Shown here: positions 56,195 through 64,000 of the stretch, one piece after another
How positions within the stretch are numbered: the stretch's first letter is position 1
Layout: every line of letters starts with the position of its first letter
Source: a virus
DNA length: 64,000 nucleotides
IMG/VR virus record: IMGVR_UViG_3300035180_002210
Span: 8,035 to 72,034 of that record
Direction: 5' to 3' (one strand)
Notes under the pieces: generated by a model
What the model saw: the letters and a program-made list of their open reading frames with translations, nothing else
Told to the model about the DNA's origin: nothing
Database searches by the model: none
Made by a program: the position numbers and the translations under genes

Positions 56195-56891
56195 TGTAAA
56201 CAGCGTTCTCGATGGAATAAAAAGGACAACGCCGAAGTTTGTTATCTGGACCGATGATCTTACGGTTATGGTAAAACAAGCAGCGGCCAAAATTCTTGAG
56301 ATACTGGAAGCTTATGACAGTTTTCCCACTTACCGCTATGCAGGCCAGGGCTTATTATTGACCGCGGCAGAAAAGGGAGTGATCAGGACCGGGTATGAAA
56401 CCGAGCTTGATATCCAGGACAGGGTTTTCCAGAACAGGGCTATGGCTGCCAGGCGCGGGACGTTAGACGGGATAAGGAATGACATTGCTCAGGATTTATG
56501 GATAAATGTTACTGATGTGACGGTAGCCAGAAAAGGGTATGACGAATGCGGCGAGGTTATTAATCATAGATATGAAGGGGTTGATGACCGGGCCGATATA
56601 ATTAACTGCAACAGGGCCATAATTTGCACGATAAACCGGAAAATACCGGTACAGAATATTGACACGGAGGCGATACGGAAGCGGTCTATTCCAGCAGGGT
56701 ATTTGTTCGAATTGATTATTGATGAATCCGGAGACAGCGGAGCAAGAATGCGCCCGCCCGAAAACAAGTATGTTCTTTTCCGGAAAACGGGTGACGGTTC
56801 AATGGTTACGCAGTGGACGAGGATCATATTTGATTATACCTACGTGACAATGAGTGACGGTTCAAAAGTATTAATCACAGCGATTGGATAA
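56187..56891 (+). CDS. Baseplate wedge subunit (gpI-like)
   Basis: GYETELDIQDR...RRGTLDGI...IPAG; follows J. Confidence 0.65.
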   Translation: MPDVNSVLDGIKRTTPKFVIWTDDLTVMVKQAAAKILEILEAYDSFPTYRYAGQGLLLTAAEKGVIRTGYETELDIQDRVFQNRAMAARRGTLDGIRNDIAQDLWINVTDVTVARKGYDECGEVINHRYEGVDDRADIINCNRAIICTINRKIPVQNIDTEAIRKRSIPAGYLFELIIDESGDSGARMRPPENKYVLFRKTGDGSMVTQWTRIIFDYTYVTMSDGSKVLITAIG

Positions 56892-56899
56892 GGAATAAC

Positions 56900-58723
56900 A
56901 TGAAATTTAATTATTTAGACAGTTTAAAAATGGGATCCCTTGAAAGGGAGCACCAACAGGAATTAATTCAAAGGATTACGCAGGGAACTTTGCAGAGCAT
57001 GTTTTTTACCCCGGGGTTGCTGCCGCCGTTAACGGTTTCAGGCACAGAGCAATGGGGAGTGGCAAAGACTTCCGGCGCCTACGACGGCCTTCTGGTTCAA
57101 AGCGGGAACGCGGTATTGGCCGATGATACAGGCTTGCTTTTTATTATCCAGGGCGGGGATGCGCGAGCGATCAGCGGGCCTTTTTCTGCCGGAGCATATA
57201 AAGTGTACCTGCATTATCATACTACCAATGATGAGCGCGGCACGGTGAGCAAGGGGACTATCGGCGGGACGGACTACATTTTAGGGACCAATACTGAGTT
57301 TTTAAAAATCCTGGGAGTTAACCGGGAGATAATTATTGCCGGTACGAGTTATAAGGTACAGGCGGTTCAAAATGATCTGCAATTGAGCCTGCAGGTTGCG
57401 GTACCGACGGTTACGAACGCCAAGTTTCAGGTAGGCGGCTGGTTTGTGGATGAACCGGTGACCATTGACGGCAAGAAGATATACGTGAATGACAGTTTTG
57501 AAATAATTGTTACTACTTCGACCTTGACCGGGAATCATTATTTGCTGGCTACTTTTACTTCGGACGGGACTTCAATATCAGCCTTGACGGATCATCGTTC
57601 CTCTTCTCTTGCCGTTTACAAGGATATGATAGGCCTGAGCGGTGATTTGCTTGCATTGAACCGACCGTTAGCAGTAGGGAGCGCGCTAACGATAATGCCT
57701 TCCATTTTCACCCTGAATAATACGGATCAGTTTTTGAACAGCGACTATACCTATAAGAATGAAGTGAGAACCGTACACAGGGTAATAGGCGGAGAATTCA
57801 GAACAGAAATATGGGTTTTTGCGGACGCGAGTACGGGTTTAGTCTGGCAGCTTAAACCGAGTTCAATAATTAATAACCTGACCGGTGTTTTTTTCTCAGA
57901 CGTCAATACCGGTACAGCCGTTGGTTATGACGGAGTAATTTTACGAACTACTGACGGAGGTTCAAGCTGGGCGGCGCAGGCAAGCGGACTTACGACGCCA
58001 TTGAATAGCGTGTTCTGTACAAACATAAATACCGGCTGGGCGGTTGGCGCGGGAGGAAAGATACTGCATACAGCAAACGGCGGCAGTACCTGGGGAACGC
58101 AGACAAGCGGTGTTACAAATGATTTATACGCGATATTCTTTACCACATCGAATATCGGCTGGGCAGTAGGGCAAGGAGGGAGCATTCTGAAAACGGTGAA
58201 CGCAGGAACAACCTGGACTGCCCAAACCAGCGGGACAACAAACTTTTTGAATAGTATGTTCTTCACTAATTCAAGTACGGGCTGGGCGGTAGGTGACGGC
58301 GGGACAATATTGCATACCATAGACGGAGGCACTACCTGGGCCGCACAAACCAGCGGAGTAGAGACATCTCTTTTTGGCGTTTCCTTCGCTAACTCGAACA
58401 CGGGCTGGGCGGTAGGTGACGGCGGGACAATATTGCATACCATAGACGGAGGCACTACCTGGGCCGCACAAACCAGCGGGGTGACGGAAATTCTTAACGG
58501 TGTTTCCTTCACTGATGTAAACAACGGGACCGCAGTAGGGACGAACGGGACGATCTTAAAAACAGTAAACGGCGGTACGAACTGGCTGCTGCAGGAAAGC
58601 GGCACAACTTATTTTTTGAATAGTATCTTTTTTAGCAATTCAAACATAGGCTGGGCAGTAGGTGACGGCGGAACAATTTTGAAAACTTCGGTAGGCGGCC
58701 CAGCCTGGAAGCAGCTTTTATAA
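56900..58723 (+). CDS. Tail fibre/receptor-binding protein with C-terminal YCF48-like beta-propeller
   Basis: About seven 41-aa repeats GWAVGxGGTILxTxDGGxTWxxQTSG. Confidence 0.75.
   Translation: MKFNYLDSLKMGSLEREHQQELIQRITQGTLQSMFFTPGLLPPLTVSGTEQWGVAKTSGAYDGLLVQSGNAVLADDTGLLFIIQGGDARAISGPFSAGAYKVYLHYHTTNDERGTVSKGTIGGTDYILGTNTEFLKILGVNREIIIAGTSYKVQAVQNDLQLSLQVAVPTVTNAKFQVGGWFVDEPVTIDGKKIYVNDSFEIIVTTSTLTGNHYLLATFTSDGTSISALTDHRSSSLAVYKDMIGLSGDLLALNRPLAVGSALTIMPSIFTLNNTDQFLNSDYTYKNEVRTVHRVIGGEFRTEIWVFADASTGLVWQLKPSSIINNLTGVFFSDVNTGTAVGYDGVILRTTDGGSSWAAQASGLTTPLNSVFCTNINTGWAVGAGGKILHTANGGSTWGTQTSGVTNDLYAIFFTTSNIGWAVGQGGSILKTVNAGTTWTAQTSGTTNFLNSMFFTNSSTGWAVGDGGTILHTIDGGTTWAAQTSGVETSLFGVSFANSNTGWAVGDGGTILHTIDGGTTWAAQTSGVTEILNGVSFTDVNNGTAVGTNGTILKTVNGGTNWLLQESGTTYFLNSIFFSNSNIGWAVGDGGTILKTSVGGPAWKQLL
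58277..58479 (+). repeat. Recent exact 80-bp duplication (123-bp period) in the propeller
   Basis: 58277-58356 identical to 58400-58479. Confidence 0.85.
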
Positions 58724-58745
58724 TTTACGATAAGGAAATAATATT

Positions 58746-61700
58746 ATGAGCATAACTAATCAAATACCATTAAAAGTGGTTGTAACCGGAACGGACACAG
58801 ACGGCAATGCTGTTGCAACGGTTAAACAATTTGAGGCCGGGGACGTATTGCCGGTAACTTTGGGAGGAACGGGAAGCGACTCACTGGACGGGACGGTAGC
58901 GGCAATAATAGGCACACTACCGACAGCAACAGCCGATCATAACGGATTGATGACAACAACACAGGTTGCAACATTGACCGATGTTGCGACGAACAAGATT
59001 GATACATCACACAAGGCCGGTCCCTCGGTGATAGCAGACCAGATCGTAACTGTTACTTCGCTGACAGCGCCTACGCCCGCTTACAAAGGGCAAATTGGGC
59101 GGGACTCATCCGGGCAGAAATATGTTGCAATTTCAACAACGGGATCCCCGATGTGGGAGAAGGCGGAGAACGTGCTTTTAGGCACGCTACAATCGTTTTT
59201 GAATGCAGGCGGGCAGTTGGCGACAACGGGATTGCAAGACACTTCAGTAACCGGAGGTAAAACAAGTTTCATTGTCCGTAACAAGAATTTATTTGTTTAT
59301 GGGACTTGCACTCAGAATTTTTACGTAAGTACGAATGGTAATCCAACATCTGCGACCGGGTATTTGCTAAGCGATTATATCCCGGTTTTGCCAAGCACGA
59401 ACTATTTTCGTTCAGCAGCCGCTGGTAATTACCAGGGCAACATTGCCTGCTACGATGCAGGCAAGACATTCATCCCGGGCGGATCGGGGTATTTAACACC
59501 ATCTGCCGGGTTAAATTCTGTATTTACAACACCCGTTGGCTGTTATTATATAAGGATAAATGTTGCCAACAGTTCGGGTAAATGGGCTTCGGTCCAAACG
59601 TCTCTGCAAATTGAGCAGGGCAGTTCAGCAACTTCCTACGTGCAGGCCGGTTGGACTCTTGACACGGAGGCCGGATTATCTGTTATTGCCAATAACGTTA
59701 TCCCATCTACCCAGAGCGTAGCGGGCTCCATGAGCGCATCTGATAAGACGAAACTCGATAAAATAATAGTTGACGCCAACTACCAGTTGGGCGAAGGAGC
59801 ATTGCAGCAGCAATCCGTTACCCCCTGGGAAACCACCTTTATAATTCACGGGAAGAATTTATTCAACAAGGACATGGCCAGTATTGGCTACTTTGTAGAT
59901 CACACGAACGGTACCTTAGTTTCCAACGCGAGTTATGATACATCAGATTATATGCGGGTGACTCCCGGCGTCACGTATGTTGGCTCGGATGGGACTCATA
60001 GAATCCGGAAGGTAGCATATTACGACGTAACCAAAACCTATCTTACCGGCAGCGACGGCGACATGAATACCTTTACCCCGCCTGCAGGAGCGATATTTGC
60101 GCGGTATAGTTGCTATCATGCGGGCCTGAACAGCTTCCAGCTTGAGGTAGGCTCAACTCCAACAGATTACGAAGCCTGGTATCAGAAATTAACAGATACA
60201 GGCTCCAATAAGGTAACTGTACCAAATACGCGAAAAATCGGAATTGATAATTCAAGCAAGGTAGTTCTCATTGGCGATAGTTATTCAGCGCAGTATAACG
60301 TTACCAAGGGTAAGGCCTGGATCGCATACCTTAGTATGTTTAGCGATTGGAATTTCGAAAATTATGCCCTGAGCGGGGCTGATCTACCAGCAATGCTGGC
60401 AAGAATTGTTTCGAACGCCAAGATCTACCATGCGAGCTACGGGATCCAGGACTACAACGGCACCTATGCTCTTATAATGAGCTTTGCCAACGATTATACG
60501 GTTATTAATGATTCCAATCTGTTGGAGGTTTATTTAACCAATATGCGGAAGGTTATTGAGGCGGTAAAATCGCTGGGTATGGTTCCCATTATCTGTACTG
60601 AATACCATAATCAGGACGGCGGCGGCCATTCTGATCTATTAGAAACGTCCATGCGGGCGTTAGCGAATGAATATGGAATAGTGTTCGCAGACATTCTTGC
60701 GAAGGTCAAATTGTTTAAGGCGAGCAAGGATCCTATTACCCCTGCCTATTTTTGGGCTGGCAGCCACCCAGGAGTGAGGACAAATACTTTATTCTGGGCG
60801 AATTTGAAACGGTATATTGATGCTTTGCCTCGGCCTCGACAGGGAATAAAAATCTACCGGAAACGGACGCAATTTACGATTTCAACAATAGCCGATCTAT
60901 TTTACAAGAATATTCTGGACCGGGCGGTGATCTGGAAGGAAATTCTTGTCAGCCAGTGCGGGTTAGACGATTCAAACGGGGACGAAAAATATTTTGATGA
61001 TCAGGACGTTTACAACGGGCTTGGATATTCAACGAAGGTATATTGTGACTACCTGAATCTGAGGGCCGGTTCCAATGTTGCCTTCACGGACTATGCGCTT
61101 ATTGAAGCAATCTTGCCTACAAGAGCCCATTTGCTCAGTTATTTAGCTTTGAACATTTCGGACGCCACGGCCACCGTTTACGTCCGGGACATGGTAAACC
61201 AATCCTGGGTTTCGGTGACGAATAGTTCAGGGAAGGTAGTGCTGCCGTCATTTATCAAATATGTTAACTATGATAAGGTGAGCTTCCTCGTTGTTCATTC
61301 AGGCGCGTTTAATCTCAATGCAGTTAGCGTAGACTGGGACGGGCAGGAGCACAAAGATTACAACATTGGCACAAAGCCAATTGCGGCAGAACTTTCCACC
61401 CCGGAGTTATTGTCAACAACCGACGTGACCAGCTTATCGGGTTGGACGCAGGTAGGTTCACTTTCTTCAGCAACCCCATACGATTCAGTTTTGCCAGCTG
61501 GGTTGACAAAAGAGACGGATTTAACGAACGCAGCGTATTTAACGCAGGCGGTAACATTTGCCGGTGATGCCAAGCGAATAAGGAAACTGCAAATTAAGGC
61601 CTGGGTAAGATTTTTGCCGGCAAAATTTTCATACTCTTCTTCCTATCCTTCCGCGAGCTGGCAGAGCGAGGACACGTATGATTTGGCACAGGTAAATCTT

Positions 61701-61880
61701 GAGATCAGAAAGGATGCAAAGAACATTGTCTATTTGACGGCGCCGGTAGGGCTGCATTGGCACGAAGTATTTTTCGAAGTTGATGTACCGTTGAACGAAA
61801 CCGGGTTTACCCTTGCAATTAGGTCCGCCGATACGAAGGCGGTACAGTTTGCATACGCGAGTGTGAAGATCAGCGCGTAA
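58746..61880 (+). CDS. Tail spike/fibre with SGNH esterase domain
   Basis: LPTATADHNGLM and AGSMSASDKTKLD fibre motifs; two KNLF...SDY..V.P...Y modules; LIGDSYS, NYALSG, FANDY, GSHPG. Confidence 0.75.
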   Translation: MSITNQIPLKVVVTGTDTDGNAVATVKQFEAGDVLPVTLGGTGSDSLDGTVAAIIGTLPTATADHNGLMTTTQVATLTDVATNKIDTSHKAGPSVIADQIVTVTSLTAPTPAYKGQIGRDSSGQKYVAISTTGSPMWEKAENVLLGTLQSFLNAGGQLATTGLQDTSVTGGKTSFIVRNKNLFVYGTCTQNFYVSTNGNPTSATGYLLSDYIPVLPSTNYFRSAAAGNYQGNIACYDAGKTFIPGGSGYLTPSAGLNSVFTTPVGCYYIRINVANSSGKWASVQTSLQIEQGSSATSYVQAGWTLDTEAGLSVIANNVIPSTQSVAGSMSASDKTKLDKIIVDANYQLGEGALQQQSVTPWETTFIIHGKNLFNKDMASIGYFVDHTNGTLVSNASYDTSDYMRVTPGVTYVGSDGTHRIRKVAYYDVTKTYLTGSDGDMNTFTPPAGAIFARYSCYHAGLNSFQLEVGSTPTDYEAWYQKLTDTGSNKVTVPNTRKIGIDNSSKVVLIGDSYSAQYNVTKGKAWIAYLSMFSDWNFENYALSGADLPAMLARIVSNAKIYHASYGIQDYNGTYALIMSFANDYTVINDSNLLEVYLTNMRKVIEAVKSLGMVPIICTEYHNQDGGGHSDLLETSMRALANEYGIVFADILAKVKLFKASKDPITPAYFWAGSHPGVRTNTLFWANLKRYIDALPRPRQGIKIYRKRTQFTISTIADLFYKNILDRAVIWKEILVSQCGLDDSNGDEKYFDDQDVYNGLGYSTKVYCDYLNLRAGSNVAFTDYALIEAILPTRAHLLSYLALNISDATATVYVRDMVNQSWVSVTNSSGKVVLPSFIKYVNYDKVSFLVVHSGAFNLNAVSVDWDGQEHKDYNIGTKPIAAELSTPELLSTTDVTSLSGWTQVGSLSSATPYDSVLPAGLTKETDLTNAAYLTQAVTFAGDAKRIRKLQIKAWVRFLPAKFSYSSSYPSASWQSEDTYDLAQVNLEIRKDAKNIVYLTAPVGLHWHEVFFEVDVPLNETGFTLAIRSADTKAVQFAYASVKISA

Positions 61881-61905
61881 TTAACTTTTTATTCTTCCAC
61901 TTTAC

Positions 61906-61935
61906 ATAGGGCATAGATTTATGCCCTATTTTTTT
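61906..61935 (+). terminator. Intrinsic terminator of the tail operon
   Basis: ATAGGGCATA-gatt-TATGCCCTAT followed by a T run. Confidence 0.85.
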
Positions 61936-61953
61936 GCTGCATAAACAAAAAAA

Positions 61954-62006
61954 GGGTAATATTAGTTAAAATAGTTCTTGACAACTACAATATATTGTAG
62001 TATATT
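61954..62006 (+). promoter_or_regulatory. Sigma70-type promoter with an 18-bp palindromic operator in the spacer
   Basis: TTGACA (61978), 17 nt, TATATT (62001); perfect palindrome ACTACAATATATTGTAGT at 61984-62001. Confidence 0.8.
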
Positions 62007-62039
62007 GAAAGTGAGATTTGAAACAAGAAAGGACAGAAG

Positions 62040-62318
62040 ATGAAAGCAGAAGAATTGTTTGAGCAGACGGGACCAATCACATTGAACGTTTTTTCACTTT
62101 GCGACGCCCCCGATAGATTTATTTTGAATCCAGACAGCAGGCGGTTACGGTCAACAACTATTCACCCCTCAATAAGTGATGCGGTAAAATTCTCTCTGAG
62201 TGAAGAAGGAACGCCGGACAATGACTGGGACTTGATTGAATGCCGGAAGCAACTGCCTGCGGAATATATTCATGTTGACACCGAAGGGAAGTTTTCCGGA
62301 TGGAGGCAACAGCAATGA
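62040..62318 (+). CDS. Moron hypothetical protein
   Basis: AAAGGA RBS after promoter. Confidence 0.65.
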   Translation: MKAEELFEQTGPITLNVFSLCDAPDRFILNPDSRRLRSTTIHPSISDAVKFSLSEEGTPDNDWDLIECRKQLPAEYIHVDTEGKFSGWRQQQ

Positions 62319-62662
62319 TCACCAATAAAAAGCCCGCGGCAAAACCGCGGGCCCGGTTCGAGACAAGAACGGATATAAAAATCACCGGAATAGAATACCT
62401 GGATAGCTACTTCTCAGACAGGGAGCGGCGTTTGTTCAACCCAACGTTATGGGGACAGTATGACAATGTGCCGACAAAGTCAGCAATGGACAAGATCCGG
62501 GATATAATCTGGAGTTTCCGGTTTAACCTGGAATGTGACGGCAAAAAGTTGATCACCGGCAACGAAGAAAGCTATTTCTGGATTGCTACCCCCGATGGAA
62601 TCCGGAGAATAATTATTAATTTTACGGAAGTAAAAAGAAGGGTTCAGATATGTACCTCCTGA
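62315..62662 (+). CDS. Hypothetical protein
   Basis: GGAGG RBS and ATGA coupling favour 62315. Confidence 0.6.
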   Translation: MITNKKPAAKPRARFETRTDIKITGIEYLDSYFSDRERRLFNPTLWGQYDNVPTKSAMDKIRDIIWSFRFNLECDGKKLITGNEESYFWIATPDGIRRIIINFTEVKRRVQICTS

Positions 62663-62856
62663 TAGTGCTTAACGGTAAACAGAAAAAGATCAAGATTTTC
62701 ACCAGCAAACAGAAACTTAACCTGGCGGAAGGAAATCTGACCGGTCCCTACGGTAAATGCGATCATAACTATAACGGGATCCTTGAATCCGACGATATGG
62801 TTATTGACCTGAAGCAGGTAGAGTTCAAGGAAGTAATTGTGATGAAGAAAATATAG
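62650..62856 (+). CDS. Hypothetical protein
   Basis: Co-oriented overlapping ORF. Confidence 0.5.
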   Translation: MYLLIVLNGKQKKIKIFTSKQKLNLAEGNLTGPYGKCDHNYNGILESDDMVIDLKQVEFKEVIVMKKI

Positions 62857-62868
62857 AGAGAGAGCGGC

Positions 62869-63505
62869 ATGGACGCAACTACCTGGAAAAATCTCATGCG
62901 AAGGGAATGGGTCCGGTCAGGGAAACGCGGTAAACCCAAAGGAGTATTACCGCTGCATAATTTTTTTGTTGAAGTTGTATCAAGAGCGAAGGGAATGCGG
63001 GATCAACAATACAGACGATTTAACTAAGCACGACACAATCACCCGTATTAATGGCATAGGGCTTGCTACCATTAATATGATAAATGGGTTTTTGGCGGAA
63101 AATGGTTATCCGCCTTTAAAATCAAATTATATTAACACAGCTAAAAATTCCACCCTTGTCCCGGAGGAAACAGATATAATAGTAGTCCACATTTCAACCG
63201 TGAGCTCAAAAATGTATAATTGTCTTTGTACAATAGCGGAAAGGATTTTTGAGTCGCCAATTTCAAAGGGTGAGGCTGTTAAAAAATATATGGGTCCATT
63301 TATCAAGGAATTGAACGGCCACACGATAGGCGGTACCCTTGCAAAACAAAAAATAGAGTCGATTATAGAACTTGGTATTGTTGAGCGAGTTGCTTCAAAG
63401 TACAGATTATCTAAAACCTATAAAACACAGCGGGCGTATCTCGTTAACGATGAATCGTTATTAGATACGCTGGTTAAAAAAATGAGGAGTTCGCATGTCC
63501 AATAA
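62869..63505 (+). pseudogene. Probable frameshifted gene with HhH/alpha-CTD-like motif
   Basis: ORF from ATG 62869 joins the 62966-63505 frame if one base is removed near 62960-62995; ITRINGIGLATINMINGFL. Confidence 0.45.
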
Positions 63506-63776
63506 GGAAATTTTTAACGATCCGGAAATTCAGGCAGGCATGCAGGTGATAGGTGATTACTTGCGCAGGCGTCGGGAAGAACTTAAATTAACACAAACCG
63601 AGCTTGCTGCCAAGGCCGAGATTGATTTCAAAATTATTATTCGGACCGAGCATGGAAGAGGCTGCGGGCTTGGAACGCTGCTCAAAATGCTCCGCGCGCT
63701 TGATGTTTGCGTGTTGCCGGAGGTGATTGGCTTGAAGGGAAAATCCCTGGCTAAAATGATCAAAGGATGGGAATAA
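63495..63776 (+). CDS. XRE-family HTH transcriptional regulator
   Basis: IGDYLRRRREELKLTQTELAAKAEID...IIRTEHG...LGTLLKMLRAL; GAGGAG RBS. Confidence 0.9.
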   Translation: MSNKEIFNDPEIQAGMQVIGDYLRRRREELKLTQTELAAKAEIDFKIIIRTEHGRGCGLGTLLKMLRALDVCVLPEVIGLKGKSLAKMIKGWE

Positions 63777-63871
63777 TTTGTATCATGTTTTGTATCATAA
63801 TCGAGTGAGAATAGGTGAGCCTGAGTGAGGGAATAGTTAAATTTTAGGGCTCCATTTACCTGTTGTATCAT
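63777..63871. repeat. Candidate integrase arm-type binding sites
   Basis: TTTGTATCAT at 63777 and 63789, TTGTATCAT at 63863, next to the att core. Confidence 0.6.
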
Positions 63872-63879
63872 CGAAATTG

Positions 63880-63925
63880 GAATGGCATTCAAGAGGTCAG
63901 CGGTTCGATCCCGCTTAGCTCCACA
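63880..63925 (+). tRNA. 3' half of tRNA-Ala(GGC): attR duplication, not an intact tRNA
   Basis: GAATGGCATTCAAGAGGTCAGCGGTTCGATCCCGCTTAGCTCCAC gives anticodon loop, T-arm and acceptor 3' strand; no D-arm or 5' strand upstream. Confidence 0.9.
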
Positions 63926-63930
63926 AAACG

Positions 63931-63966
63931 AATCCTGATCAGTACTGATCAGGATTTTTTGTTTTA
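63931..63966 (+). terminator. Host tRNA terminator beyond attR
   Basis: AATCCTGATCAG-TA-CTGATCAGGATT followed by T-rich tail. Confidence 0.85.
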
Positions 63967-64000
63967 CAGGAGGCCATGTATGTTCACCGTATACATACTG

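Larger units (their letters stand above)
1..63925 (+). mobile_element. Prophage (contractile tail, SPO1/Twort-like structural module); left end and integrase outside the window, right end at attR in tRNA-Ala 3' half
   Basis: Co-oriented terminase, portal, protease, capsid, sheath, tube, tape measure, baseplate and lysis genes; ends at a tRNA 3' fragment followed by a terminator. Confidence 0.95.

Noticed and set aside
58277-58479. Possible DGR template/variable repeat pair in a tail fibre
   Set aside because: Copies are identical, tandem and in frame, with no adenine-specific mismatches; no reverse transcriptase in the window
57925-58605. 226-aa minus-strand ORF with repeats
   Set aside because: Shadow of the repetitive propeller gene; I saw no promoter or RBS, and the sense frame is clearly the coding one
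63845-63925. Intact tRNA-Ala gene
   Set aside because: Upstream sequence cannot form the D-arm or a properly spaced acceptor 5' strand; only the 3' half is present

Overview
Nearly the whole window (1 to about 63,925) is the right-hand part of an integrated, contractile-tailed prophage, and almost all real genes are on the + strand. From left to right it holds: a replication/early region (SbcC-like ATPase, SF2 helicase, replication initiator with an internal iteron-like origin, DNA methyltransferase), terminase, an SPO1/Twort (Herelleviridae)-like portal, MuF, protease-scaffold and capsid, neck genes, a holin/GH19 lysis cassette, sheath, tube, chaperone (+1/-2 frameshift), tape measure, baseplate, two receptor-binding proteins, a moron block, and attR in the 3' half of a tRNA-Ala(GGC). 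The most interesting part is three giant polyvalent proteins in the head module. The 1461-aa protein carries ddrB-ParB, a PBECR-type RNase and an HD/Mesh1-like hydrolase. The 2247-aa protein carries an inorganic pyrophosphatase, an adenine methyltransferase and a SNF2 helicase (DarB-like). The 1040-aa protein carries JAB/RadC domains and a RelA/SpoT-type synthetase. Their domain boundaries carry the same xxK|S/A/G motif as the capsid-maturation site, and they share short tag modules, suggesting capsid-packaged polyproteins. Each of the two toxin-like domains is followed, inside the still-open sense frame, by an antisense unit with a near-consensus sigma70 promoter: an 86-aa acidic gene after the synthetase, and a roughly 85-nt three-hairpin RNA with terminator after the RNase. 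These are candidate nested antitoxins. All family calls come from motif recognition by eye; no database searches were run.
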